Shown: piece by piece, positions 16,917-27,800 of the stretch
Numbering within the stretch: position 1 is the first letter of the stretch
Layout: every line of letters begins with the position of its first letter
NCBI GenBank assembly: GCA_035353695.1
Contig: DAOQAB010000005.1
Coordinates: 6,114-70,113, forward strand
From: Prolixibacteraceae bacterium
GTDB lineage: Bacteria > Bacteroidota > Bacteroidia > Bacteroidales > Prolixibacteraceae
Direction: 5' to 3'
DNA length: 64,000 nt
Notes under the pieces: model-generated
Databases searched by the model: none
Seen by the model: only the letters and a program-made list of their open reading frames with translations
What the model was told of the DNA's origin: nothing
Position numbers and translations under genes: made by a program

Positions 16917-19346
16917 TTAGTCTGTTATATTTATCGTTGTCACCGATTCTTTTAGCCAGGGAGAAGAAAACTTTATATGTAACATTCCTGTTTGCCCGGT
17001 TGTTTGGATGTAGGCCAACAATCGTCCATGATAGGCGCGTTGTACATGGTCGGTGTAATTGCTCATGTCGGAATTGTTGCTGGCTTCGAGTCCCAGCAGT
17101 TTCCCCGGCCCTTCGACGGTACAGGTAATTTCGTCGTCGGAAAGCATGACCGGAATTCCGTTTTCATCAACGATCTGAACCACGACGTGTACCAGGCCAT
17201 TCTCCTTTTTCAACGTTTTTACATCGGCTTTTGCCGTTAAAGCATACGGCCGGGCAGAAGATTGAAGCGCATATGTGCAAACGATTTTGCCCTGTGCATC
17301 CATTCCGACAATTTCGAGCTTGCCGGGTAGATATGGAATGTCCCAGTAAATTACGCCGGTGTTGTCGTCCAGTGGTTTTACATCACCAATTTGCTTTCCG
17401 TTCAGCATTAACTTTGATTGGGCTGCATTGGTATATCCTACAACGCGGATCATTTCACCTTCGTTGTAATTCCAGATAGGCCATGCGTCAATCGATAACT
17501 GTTTTTTATCGGAAGGAACCGGATAAGTTCCAATATACGTAGCTGGTTTTTCGCTCCACAAAGCTTGGCGGAAATAGCCGCGGGGTTTGAGGAAGCCGCC
17601 AAAATCGAGACAACCCGAGTAAAAGCCACGCGACGGCCAAGGGTTCGATTCACCCAGATAGTCGATACCAGTCCAGAGGAACTGGCCAAAAACGAAGTTG
17701 TTGTCGCGGGCTGCTTTCCACGATTCCATGCTGTTGCCGCATTCGCTTCCGAAGATAACACGGTTTGGGTAGTTGGCATGATCGGTAGCATAACGGTCTT
17801 CGGTGTAGTTGTAGCCGGTGATGTCGAGCAAGTAGGGGTATTCGGTTTCATTCGACATAACTACACCTGCCAGCGCGGCAGATACCGGACGCGAAGTGTC
17901 GATGTTGCGGACAACGGAGGTCAGGCGTTTGGCAATTTCTCCAAGTTGCTCTGCATTGGGCGCACTGGGTTTATACCCTCCAAACATAGGCTGATTAATG
18001 GATGCGTTGTTTAAGCTGGGGTGAGAATAGGGATCGTTCGGGTAATCGACTTCGTTGCCAATACTCCACATCATGATGGAAGCGTGGTTGCGGTCGCGCA
18101 GAACCATGTCGGCCAGGTCGCGGCTGCTCCATTCTTTAAAGAAATCATAAGATCCCTGAAATTCCGGCGTGCCAACATTCCAGCCTTCGATCCATTTGCG
18201 TTTTGGAAATTCCCATTCGTCGAAAGCTTCGTCCATTACCAGCAACCCAATTTCGTCGCACAATTCATAGACCTCGGAACTTTGCGGATTGTGGCTGGTG
18301 CGAATGGCATTGCATCCCATCTCCTTTAATGTTAATAACCGGCGTTTCCAAACTTCGCGGGGAACCGCTGAACCAAGGCAGCCTGCATCGTGATGGAGAC
18401 AAACACCTTTTACTTTCAGCCAGTTGTCATTCAGCGCAAACCCTTTGTTCGGGTCGAAGGTGAGCGTGCGCAGCCCCAGTTTTTGTTCGTTCTGTTCTGT
18501 TATTTTTCCATCTTGTTTGATGATGGTCCGTACGGTGTATAAATTAGGTCGATCAATCGACCACCGTTTGGGTTTTAAGATGGTCAGTGTTTGATTGGTT
18601 GTGCTTTTGGTGTTTGCTTCGGCCTTCATTTTTTTAGAAGAACTTGCCACAACCTTTCCGGTTTCGGGATCGATAATTTCGTGAATAACCTCGGCTGTTG
18701 CACTTTTGGGTTGATCATTGTTCATCGTTGTTTCAACCGAAACTTCAGCCTTCTTGTCGGTTATGGAATTGGCTTTGAAAAAGACCCCCCACAAACCGAT
18801 ATGGAGCGAAGAAGCGTAAACCAGATAGGTGTCGCGGTAAATGCCCGAACCGGTGTACCACCGGGAATCGCGTTCCTGTGAGTGGTCAACTTTGACCGCA
18901 ATCACATTCTCTTTTCCAAATTGGATATACGGAGTGAGGTCGTACATAAACGAGATGTATCCATTGGGGCGTTTCCCTGCCGATATTCCGTTGATAAACA
19001 CCTCGCTGCGATTGTAAACACCTTCGAAATAGATAAATACTTTTTCGCCTTTTTTGTTTTCGGGCACTACAAATGTTTTGCGGTACCAGCCAATTCCTCC
19101 CGGCAGGAAACCGGTGCAGCTTGCCCGGTCGGGACTGAATGTTCCTTCAACCGACCAGTCGTGGGGCAGATTGAGTATTCGCCATTCGGAATCGTCGAAG
19201 GCTGCGGTTTGTGCCTCTTTTACATCGGAAAGATGAAACCGCCAGTTTGTATTGAAAAGTTCTGCTTTGCCAAATTGTGGTTCTGCTTTTGTTGTGGTTG
19301 CTGCCAGCAGGAGCAAAATTGCAACCAGGATCGATCGTGACTTCAT
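16917..19346 (-). CDS. glycoside hydrolase family 2 (beta-galactosidase-like), periplasmic
   Basis: GH2 motifs are present: WYTGSGIYRDTYL, IRTSHNP and NHASIMMWSIGNEV (acid/base Glu). It has a signal peptide but no lipobox and no CTD. Confidence 0.85.
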   Translation of the reverse strand: MKSRSILVAILLLLAATTTKAEPQFGKAELFNTNWRFHLSDVKEAQTAAFDDSEWRILNLPHDWSVEGTFSPDRASCTGFLPGGIGWYRKTFVVPENKKGEKVFIYFEGVYNRSEVFINGISAGKRPNGYISFMYDLTPYIQFGKENVIAVKVDHSQERDSRWYTGSGIYRDTYLVYASSLHIGLWGVFFKANSITDKKAEVSVETTMNNDQPKSATAEVIHEIIDPETGKVVASSSKKMKAEANTKSTTNQTLTILKPKRWSIDRPNLYTVRTIIKQDGKITEQNEQKLGLRTLTFDPNKGFALNDNWLKVKGVCLHHDAGCLGSAVPREVWKRRLLTLKEMGCNAIRTSHNPQSSEVYELCDEIGLLVMDEAFDEWEFPKRKWIEGWNVGTPEFQGSYDFFKEWSSRDLADMVLRDRNHASIMMWSIGNEVDYPNDPYSHPSLNNASINQPMFGGYKPSAPNAEQLGEIAKRLTSVVRNIDTSRPVSAALAGVVMSNETEYPYLLDITGYNYTEDRYATDHANYPNRVIFGSECGNSMESWKAARDNNFVFGQFLWTGIDYLGESNPWPSRGFYSGCLDFGGFLKPRGYFRQALWSEKPATYIGTYPVPSDKKQLSIDAWPIWNYNEGEMIRVVGYTNAAQSKLMLNGKQIGDVKPLDDNTGVIYWDIPYLPGKLEIVGMDAQGKIVCTYALQSSARPYALTAKADVKTLKKENGLVHVVVQIVDENGIPVMLSDDEITCTVEGPGKLLGLEASNNSDMSNYTDHVQRAYHGRLLAYIQTTGQTGMLHIKFSSPWLKESVTTINITD

Positions 19347-19373
19347 ATTCTGTTTCTTTATTTTATTTGTTTC

Positions 19374-22300
19374 TTACCGAATGAAAAATTTTCGGGAACT
19401 TGTTGTTCCATTGTTGTAAATGGTGCGTTCAATGTAAATTCCCCTGTTCAGTTTATTGTCTTTTTTTACTTGTTTACCGTCAATCTGGTAGTACCCGGTT
19501 GAAATGACCTTTCCTTTTTTTGGGGAATTGATCATTTCATCAACTCCTTCTGATATTGCACCAACCGTAACGGGCTCTATTCCCTGAACGGTAGGTTGTA
19601 CTTTTTTTATTGAACCATCGGTATTGAATTCCAGTTTGTCAATGCACACCTCGCGGAAATAACCGGCTGAATCGCCTTGCATGGTGATACCCCTTGGCCG
19701 GTTGAAACGGTGATAAACAATGTACCATTCGTCGCGTCCGGGAATTTGGATTACCGAATTGTGACCGGTGCCATAAATGCCGGATGAAGCATCTTTTGAA
19801 AGTATCAGATTGTTTGCTGGAACCGTGATTGGGCCAAGCGGCGAGGTAGATGTTCCGCAACGCACCCGGTAATCGGCGCTACGGGTATCATTCTCCGACC
19901 AGAAGAAATAGTATGTTCCGTTGCGTCGGATGACATAGACACCTTCCCGGAAAGTTCCGCCGGAAGGGGTGATTACTTTCTTGGTCGATGTGTTGATTGA
20001 AACCATGTCGTCGTTCAACTCGGCGGCATAAAGTGTCGTGTTCCCCCAATAGAGATAACTTTTCCCGGTAATGGTGTCGGTATATACATCGGGGTCGATA
20101 TTGTCTGCCAGCTTCTTTCCCGAATCAACAAACGGCCCGGTTGGATCGTCGGCTACAGCAACACCCACATTGCCGGCAGCCACAAAATAGTAGTAATAGT
20201 TGTACTTTCCGTTCACTTTCTTCTCGGTGATACTTGGAGCCCAGGCATTGTAGGTTCCCCAGCTTACGTTGGTTGGCAGGTTGAGGATCACCCCTTCGTC
20301 GGTCCAGTTTACCAGATCATCCGAAGAAAAGGTTTTGAAATAGTAGCCCGACCAGCCAACAAACCCGTCACTGGTTGGGTAGATGTAAAATTTCTTTGTT
20401 TTGTACGAATAGAGTATTTCCGGATCGGCATAATAACCTTCCAATACCGGGTTGTTATCTGCTTCAACCGTTGCGGCATAGGTTTTCGATCCCAGCCCAT
20501 CGATCAATGCGGTATAATTTACTGGCCCGGCAGAGAAGTCCTGCGGACCGGAAGGAGTGACCGTGCATCCGGCAGAAGCTACAAATTCAGGATCGAAATT
20601 TGTAATATAGGTACCATAGCGAACAGGCAGATAAATGGTTTTTGCCGTTTGGTTGAAGCTGATGTTATTTTTTTTGATCGATTCCGATTTCGAAGACAGA
20701 ATCTGAACATCGGATTTGTTTCCCCATTTTCTCATTAAAGCAGCCGCTTCTTCCGTTGTAATGGGTATAATGGTTCCGTGGCGCGGGGTGAAATTGAAGG
20801 AAACTTTCTGATCGGCTACCGAGAAACTTTCAAGATCGGTACTTTGGGTAAACTGGTAAGCTCCACTGGTGTACATGTCATAAATCAGTAGCCAGGTGTC
20901 GGTATCGTACATCCTAAACACGCAACCACCTTCTACCGAATTGTTGGTCGATTGCAGGTATTTGTCTTTCATTACATATCCACCGGTCAGGTTGGGTGAA
21001 ACCGCTTTTTTAATGCCGTTCCCGTTGCTTTCTGTTTTGAAAAACAGATAGAAGAGGCTGTCCTTTTCCACAATGTCACCATCGATAACGGCTGAGCCTT
21101 CCGGATTTGCAAACAACTCTTGTGGCTCGGTTTCCAGCGCGGTAAAGCTGTCGTTGGCATAAGCATAATAAAACTTGTCGGCATCATTGTTTATGCTCAT
21201 CGACCAGTAAACCATGTATTTCCCTTTTTCTTTGTTGTAGATCGTTTGAGGTGCCCATACCCGCTGCGCACTGGCAAAAGCAGGGAATGTGTTTGGAATA
21301 TTGATCACACTGGTTTGCCAGTCGGTGAGGTTATCTGATTTCATCAGGATAAAAGCCCGGTTGGAATTCCATCCCAGAGCCGAAACCATATCGGTAGCCA
21401 CCATGTAATACGAATGCCCATCGGTGCCGCGTAATATGTGCGGGTCACGGATTCCGCCGGTTGAACTGATCACTTTTGAATCGAGGATTGGGTTGTTATT
21501 GTTCAATGCTTTGTAACTGAAACCATCGGTGCTGACGGCAAACCGCAATGCCTCCTGGCTCTGTGAATTGCCCGTGAAATATGCGAACAGATAAGCAGCG
21601 AAACCCTCTTTTTCGGCCACATAAATTTCGAACTGGCGGGTTTGGTGGACGTCGCCTTTGGTAATGGTCGCCGTCATCGTGACTTTCGTTTTGCCGGTTC
21701 CTTTTTCGGGATGATACATCAGGTTTCCGCTGTCCGATAGTAAATCAGGGATGCTGGAACTCCAGGTAATGGTCGATCCTTCAAAGCCTGATGTTGGCAG
21801 CGTAAGGCTCGAGTGCAGATTATTCAGATTTCCGGCGAGCGTTAAATTTTCAGCATCGAATGCAACTGCTTCGGCATTGGAATATTCCGGGATAACGGTT
21901 AGATTAAAATATTTGATAACGGTTACTCCCTCTTTAACTGCCGTTGCCGTAAGTATGACCACCTGTGGTTCCGCACCAATGACTGGTCTTATAACCACCC
22001 CGGTATTTGAAATGGTTGCTGTATCCGAAGAGCTCCAGGTAATACTGATCCCGTTTTCGGAAACCGGAAGTGTGAGATTGGAATTGATGCGTTGTCCGTC
22101 TTTCAGATTGAACGATGCCAGCAAGGTGTCGATTTGTGACCGGTACCATGCCATATTCAGGTCGGGCAGCAATGCGCCTAATTGAACAACCTGTGAATCG
22201 GACAGGGAAACGTCGTAAATGCGGAAATCGTCAATCAATGTTTTAGTTAGGTAGGCATCGCCATTAAGAGCATACGATGATTTCCCGATGAAATTATAGG

Positions 22301-22931
22301 TGGGGGTTCCAAGATCTTTGGGTGCTAAACGAACGTTGGCCGATGTGGCAATAATCTTCCCATCCAAGAATAGTTTTACCGTTTTGGCACTCGAATTATA
22401 GCTAATGGCAAGATGTTTCCATTTTCCTTTCTCCATTGCCTGATCGGTGGTTGCAGCTTGTTCGCCTGTCCAGTTGGTTAAGCTAATGGCATACCGGGTG
22501 TTTTTTGCCGAGAAGAACATACATCCATTGGCATCGGTTGAGATTTGTTCTGAATTGCCGAATGAAAACACGAAGTTCCCGTTGTTGGTGATCACTGCAT
22601 CTTCGGAGATGCAGACAAATGTCGAGATGGTAAAGTCGGACAATGTGCTTAAAAATTGGCTGCCAAAAAGTGTCCCCAAATCGAGGAACCCGTTTGAAGA
22701 GCCCAGATTGAGAACGCCGTCAATTTCTCCGCTTGTTGAAATGGTGGCTTCGTTCTTCAGGGCAGCTGTCCAGCTATTTCCGCTTACGTCGGTAATGGTT
22801 GTGGCGCCAGGGGTGTAATTGTTGAATGAAAACCATACCTTCAGGTGGTCGTCGGTGCTATCCTGAGCGGTTGCCGCGATGCTTGTCAGTATAAAGAATG
22901 AGACGAAAAGTCGTGTTACTAATTTTTTCAT
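19374..22931 (-). CDS. multidomain T9SS cargo: LamG-like domain, 2 Ig-like domains, GH43-like 5-bladed propeller, linker, second GH43 module, CTD
   Basis: The LamG-type region is DDFRIYDVSLSDSQV. Two repeats have the form LTLP.S..G..ITWSSS. Propeller 1 reads GGIRDPHILRGTDGHSYYMVATDM and propeller 2 reads NPVLEGYYADPEILY...AWAPSI. The C-terminus is ...RGIYIERTIYNNGTTSSRKFFIR. The ATG at 22931 (MKKLVTRLF) is preferred over the ORF start at 22973. Confidence 0.8.
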   Translation of the reverse strand: MKKLVTRLFVSFFILTSIAATAQDSTDDHLKVWFSFNNYTPGATTITDVSGNSWTAALKNEATISTSGEIDGVLNLGSSNGFLDLGTLFGSQFLSTLSDFTISTFVCISEDAVITNNGNFVFSFGNSEQISTDANGCMFFSAKNTRYAISLTNWTGEQAATTDQAMEKGKWKHLAISYNSSAKTVKLFLDGKIIATSANVRLAPKDLGTPTYNFIGKSSYALNGDAYLTKTLIDDFRIYDVSLSDSQVVQLGALLPDLNMAWYRSQIDTLLASFNLKDGQRINSNLTLPVSENGISITWSSSDTATISNTGVVIRPVIGAEPQVVILTATAVKEGVTVIKYFNLTVIPEYSNAEAVAFDAENLTLAGNLNNLHSSLTLPTSGFEGSTITWSSSIPDLLSDSGNLMYHPEKGTGKTKVTMTATITKGDVHQTRQFEIYVAEKEGFAAYLFAYFTGNSQSQEALRFAVSTDGFSYKALNNNNPILDSKVISSTGGIRDPHILRGTDGHSYYMVATDMVSALGWNSNRAFILMKSDNLTDWQTSVINIPNTFPAFASAQRVWAPQTIYNKEKGKYMVYWSMSINNDADKFYYAYANDSFTALETEPQELFANPEGSAVIDGDIVEKDSLFYLFFKTESNGNGIKKAVSPNLTGGYVMKDKYLQSTNNSVEGGCVFRMYDTDTWLLIYDMYTSGAYQFTQSTDLESFSVADQKVSFNFTPRHGTIIPITTEEAAALMRKWGNKSDVQILSSKSESIKKNNISFNQTAKTIYLPVRYGTYITNFDPEFVASAGCTVTPSGPQDFSAGPVNYTALIDGLGSKTYAATVEADNNPVLEGYYADPEILYSYKTKKFYIYPTSDGFVGWSGYYFKTFSSDDLVNWTDEGVILNLPTNVSWGTYNAWAPSITEKKVNGKYNYYYYFVAAGNVGVAVADDPTGPFVDSGKKLADNIDPDVYTDTITGKSYLYWGNTTLYAAELNDDMVSINTSTKKVITPSGGTFREGVYVIRRNGTYYFFWSENDTRSADYRVRCGTSTSPLGPITVPANNLILSKDASSGIYGTGHNSVIQIPGRDEWYIVYHRFNRPRGITMQGDSAGYFREVCIDKLEFNTDGSIKKVQPTVQGIEPVTVGAISEGVDEMINSPKKGKVISTGYYQIDGKQVKKDNKLNRGIYIERTIYNNGTTSSRKFFIR

Positions 22932-22959
22932 GATTATTCTTTTCTGTTTTGATAAAAAA

Positions 22960-24585
22960 TTACCTCTCGCCAACGAACGTGATAACCGAGCGGGCAGGGA
23001 TAGTTAGTCTTTTAGCATAATTCACCATTGGTTGCAGCGCCATGTTTGTGTTCGGCGAATCCGAGGTAAGATAGGATTTCCATGCTGTAACCTTATCTCC
23101 GTTCCATACCAAATTGAAATTTCGCTGCTTGTTTTGATAGTTTATAGCAACCACGACAGGCGTTCCGTCGCTGTTTTCATAAGCTGATACCATGAGAGCA
23201 TAAGGGTCGGTATCGCCTTCCGATATCTGTTCGCCATTTGAGTTGAAAGCTGAAACATCAATCCGGATGGCTCCGGGACGGATGAAGCGGCTATAATTTC
23301 CTAATGTCCACATCAGTTTTGAGTCGGTAAACGTTCCGTCGAGGTTGTTCGGATTGGGCTCGGCATAAATCAGTCCGTCTTTGTAATCGGTATTAGCGAC
23401 AGCCCGCCACCAGTGCCAGGCCGAGGCATTGGCATACACCAGGTCGTGATGAATCACTCGGGCTATGTACAAGGCTGTCTTCATGGTCAAATCTTTTTTG
23501 CCTCCGCCTCCAATTTCTTCGTCGTTGTTCATAATGCAAACTTCGGTTTGCCAGTAACGCACGTTTTGCTTTTTCAGAGCCTCGCCCATTTCCATGCGGA
23601 TTTTTCGTAAATCAGACAGGGGTGTGTCGGTCCAGTAGCTATGGGCTGCCATTAAACGGGAAACATTGGGTACATCCCCAATGTAGGAGCCGATGCTGTC
23701 GGGTGTGAAGTAGGACTGGATTTGATACCCTCGATCGGATTGGGTGTATTGGTGCGTACGGTACATGCAGTTATAGTCAAATGATTCGGGAATAAGGATT
23801 TTAGTTCCGATTTTCTGATTTTCCAGCTCTTTTCCCAGTAAGCGCACAGTTTTGGCAACTTCGTATTTTGTAGCTGCCGTTCCCTCCTGGCCCGAACCCG
23901 TCCAGTTCCAGTGTCCATCGGGTTCATTAAATGGGCAGATATAATTGAAACAAATACCTTCCTTCTGTTCCACTCCCTGGATTACATCGGTCAGAAACCG
24001 GACGAAGTCGTCATATTTGTCTTCTTTTAAATTGAATGTGGCACCACGTCCGGTGTTGGTTGCCAGCCCATTTTGAGTCCAGTATACCGGCGATGAAAGA
24101 ATGAAACCCAAAAACTGATTAACTCCTCTCTGTTTGGCCAGTTGCATAAAATGGAGTTGGCCTTTCTGCTTGTTCCAGTCATAAGAACCATCGGGCAGTA
24201 AAAAACATTCCGAACGCCTCCATATATCCTCAATTCCACTGGCTTTCCCCTGTTCAGTGCTTCCTGCCCCAATGTTAAAACGCCAAAGCGACAATCCGAT
24301 GCCTTTGGGGTTTCCCTGTTCATCGGTTTCGGTGCTGAAAAGCCATTCGGCCATTTGTTCCTGTTTTTCTTTTGGCCACAAACCAATGTATTGCATGCTC
24401 CATGCATCCGAGGCTCCAAAGTTGTCGATGGTTTGATGTTTTTTTTGTTCATCAACAACAAAAGTTGAGACATCGGGCTTTGACGGGGCGTGTTTGCCAT
24501 TTCCTTGTTCTTCGCTTTTGCATGAGAGTGAAAGAATGGAAAGTGTTGTCAGCGCAACATATTTTAGGCTAAAGCAATTTTTCAT
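22960..24585 (-). CDS. glycoside hydrolase family 30-like lipoprotein
   Basis: With a start at 24585 the N-terminus is MKNCFSLKYVALTTLSILSLSC (lipobox). Motifs are IDNFGASDAWS, WRFNIGAGS and ICPFNEPDGHWNW. It is a paralog of 15170-16903. Confidence 0.8.
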   Translation of the reverse strand: MKNCFSLKYVALTTLSILSLSCKSEEQGNGKHAPSKPDVSTFVVDEQKKHQTIDNFGASDAWSMQYIGLWPKEKQEQMAEWLFSTETDEQGNPKGIGLSLWRFNIGAGSTEQGKASGIEDIWRRSECFLLPDGSYDWNKQKGQLHFMQLAKQRGVNQFLGFILSSPVYWTQNGLATNTGRGATFNLKEDKYDDFVRFLTDVIQGVEQKEGICFNYICPFNEPDGHWNWTGSGQEGTAATKYEVAKTVRLLGKELENQKIGTKILIPESFDYNCMYRTHQYTQSDRGYQIQSYFTPDSIGSYIGDVPNVSRLMAAHSYWTDTPLSDLRKIRMEMGEALKKQNVRYWQTEVCIMNNDEEIGGGGKKDLTMKTALYIARVIHHDLVYANASAWHWWRAVANTDYKDGLIYAEPNPNNLDGTFTDSKLMWTLGNYSRFIRPGAIRIDVSAFNSNGEQISEGDTDPYALMVSAYENSDGTPVVVAINYQNKQRNFNLVWNGDKVTAWKSYLTSDSPNTNMALQPMVNYAKRLTIPARSVITFVGER

Positions 24586-24721
24586 ATGAGTCGGGTTGTT
24601 CACAAAATGTTCTTCAATGGAAATGGCTCTGATTAGAGAGTCAATTTTTTTCAATGTTGTACTGACAAATTTTCAAACAAACGAACGAAATCACTTTCTC
24701 TATTTTTCCTTTTCCTTTCGT

Positions 24722-24759
24722 TATTGTAACATGTTTTTGAAAAAGGGAACGGTAACGTG
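24722..24759. promoter_or_regulatory. TATTGTAACATG / GGTAACGTG repeat in the divergent PUL promoter region
   Basis: TATTGTAACA at 24722-24731 is identical to 15118-15127. A GTAAC[A/G]TG core is repeated at 24726 and 24752. Confidence 0.3.
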
Positions 24760-24779
24760 TTCATCCTCTTTTAAGACGG

Positions 24780-24787
24780 TATTTTTG
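24780..24787 (+). promoter_or_regulatory. candidate -7 box TAttTTTG for the HTCS gene
   Basis: An exact TAnnTTTG match lies 87 nt upstream of the ATG at 24875. Confidence 0.3.
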
Positions 24788-24874
24788 TTCTTTTTGCGAA
24801 CAGGGCTTATGCCAATAAATAACATTCGAATGAGGCGAAACATTTTTTATTTTTACGTATCAAATTCGAAGGAT

Positions 24875-27800
24875 ATGAAAAGGTGGGCAGATGAATTTAA
24901 GTGGTTTTTTTGGGTGGTTTTCTTGCTGGGTGTTAACTCTTCTCTTTGGGCGCAGAAGATTGAGTCTCCGCTTATCTCGAAATTGTCGACTGAAGAGGGA
25001 CTTTCAAGTAATACCGTGTATTCGATTCTTCAGGATGATAAAGGATTTATCTGGATTGCTACCGAGTTGGGTTTAAATAAGTTTGACGGGAAGGATCTCA
25101 CCTGTTTTGCGACAGGCAAAGGCCGCTATTCGCTTTCACATAACCGCACTCAAACCATGCTGATGGCACCCGATGGAAATATCTGGGCCGGGACTTCGGA
25201 TGGGCTTAATATTTACGATTATGCATCCGACAGCATTATTCAGGTTCGGACTACCACGAAGCCATTGTTTTTGGTCTATAACGATATCACAGTTCTTTCA
25301 CCCAGTATCGATCAATCAAAAATCTGGATCGGCACTTACGGCGCCGGTGTAAATTATTTCGATTGGAAAACGAAGGAATTTCATTCATTCCCATTGCCCA
25401 AACTGAATGATGTTTCCGATCCGTTGAATATTATGAGCTTGCTCGAAGATGACAACAACCGGCTTTGGATTGGTACCCAAACCAATGGGCTCTATCGTTA
25501 CGATTTGAAGGAGAAGAAGTTTGAATATTATCATTTGCCTGAGAACGGACGTTTTGTACGAGTGATTTATCAGGATAATTTTCGTAGAATCTGGATTGGA
25601 ACATCAAAGGGGTGTTATATTTATAATGAAACAAACAATCGACTCGATCTGGTCACTTATCCTGAGCGGTTGATCTCCAGTTCGATTGGGACGATCAGGG
25701 AAGATCGTAATGGAAAACTCTGGATAGGGACCGAAATGTTTTTAATGGATTTTTCCGTAAGGGCTTTTTCGTTGACCGAAAGTTTTTCCTATCAAATGTT
25801 TGAGAGTGGCGAATCAACGTCCCGGCTCAGTTGTCCCTCGGTAAACACGGTATATGCCGATCTGGAGAACAATGTATGGATTGGTACCGCATGGGGCGGT
25901 GTAAACATGCTAAAAGGATCGCCGGCAAAATTCTTACTTTTTAAACATGATGCCGACCGCCAGAATTCGTTGCCCAGTTCTCCGGTAACCAACATTAGTA
26001 ATGATGGGAATAATACGCTTTATGTTGTTACAATGGGTACCGGCAAAGTGGGACTTTGTTCGATGAATATTGTTACGGGTGAAGTGGCCGAACTCCCAAT
26101 CGACCGGAAACTTCCGGGGTATGTTTATGAATCGGTTTTGGTCGATTCGGACCGGGATCTTTGGATTGGAACATATAACCAGGGGCTGATCCGGACATCG
26201 CTCAATCGTTCTGATTTTAAACAGTTTTTGTCCGACCCTTCCAACCCGGCTTCTCTTCCCGATAACGATGTCAGGGCGATTTATGAAGGCACCGACAAGA
26301 CCATCTGGATTGGTACAAACAACGGGTTAGCCCGCTATGACAAGAGGACTTCGCAAATGTCGACCGTAAAGATTTCAGAAAACAGACATATTTCCATCCG
26401 GTCGATCAAAGAAGACAAATCAGGAACCCTGTGGCTTGGAACCTATGGTAATGCCGTAATTACGTATAATCCCCGAACCGGAGTCGTGAATAATACTCCG
26501 ATGGATAGTGTCATGCCCCACATTGTATCCAATATCATTTTTAATAACGATGTGGTGTGGATTGCCGCGAATGGGGAAGGCGTTTTAAAGTTCGATACCA
26601 AAACCAAAAAACATCGCTATTTTAATGAAAAGGATGGTTTGGCCAGCAATTATACCGTTTCGGTTCAGTGCGACCGGCAGGGAAATGTTTGGGTTGGACA
26701 TGGTAAAGGCATTTCGAAAATCAATACGACAACAAACGAAATTGTGAACTTCAATTCTGGTGATGGGGTGCAGCCTCGTGAGTTTTCAGAAAATGCGGCA
26801 CTAACCCTTCCCAACGGATTGATGGTTTTTGCTGGCTTTGGGGGGATAACTGTTTTCGATCCAATGAATGTTGTCAAAGACGATAAATGCCCACGGGTTA
26901 TTTTTACCAAACTGTTGGTTTCGAACGAAGTTGTTGCCCCATCTGAAAATAAGCGAAAACACTCTCCGATAAAGGAAAATATCTCTCTTGCACAACGGAT
27001 TGATTTACGTTATGACCAATCGGTCTTTACAATCGAGTTTATGGGCGTGAATTATAATGCCAACCAGAAGATTCAATATGCCTACTTGCTCGAAGGATCG
27101 GATAAAGATTGGAACCAGCTTGGTAATCAGAATAGTGTAACCTTTCGTAACCTGAAATCGGGAGAATATACCTTTAAAGTGAAAGCGTCGAGCCCCGATG
27201 CCGTGTGGACTGATTCCAATATTATTTCTCTGACCATTGTGATTCATCCTCCTTTTTGGGCTTCAGTCTGGGCCTATCTGATTTATTCGGTGCTATTACT
27301 GGTCCTTTTTTATTTTATTGGCCTGTTTATCATTGTTCGGATTGAAGCCGCCAATAACTTAAAAATTGAGCGGGCTCAGAGGGAGAAGGAAGAAGAACTG
27401 CATCAGGAAAAATTGCAGTTTTTCACCAATATTTCCCATGAACTCCGAACTCCGCTTACCCTGATCATCGGTCCGTTGGAAACGATGCAACTGGAAGAAT
27501 CGGATGAAGAGAAAAAGTCGAATATTAAGTTGATGTTGCACAATGCCAAGAGATTACTGTCGATGGTTAACCAGTTGCTCGATTTCCGAAAAGCAGAACG
27601 GGGACAGATGAAATTAAAGGTTCAGTATGCCGACATTATTGCTTCCTTTCGTGAAATCGTGATTTCTTTTGAAGAGCTGAAAAGGCAGAAGGCCATTGAG
27701 CTCGCTATTCTTTGTCCTGAAGAAAAAATCATGGCATGGTACGATGTCGAATTCATCAATAAATCATTAATAAACCTGCTGTCCAATGCGTTCAAATTCA

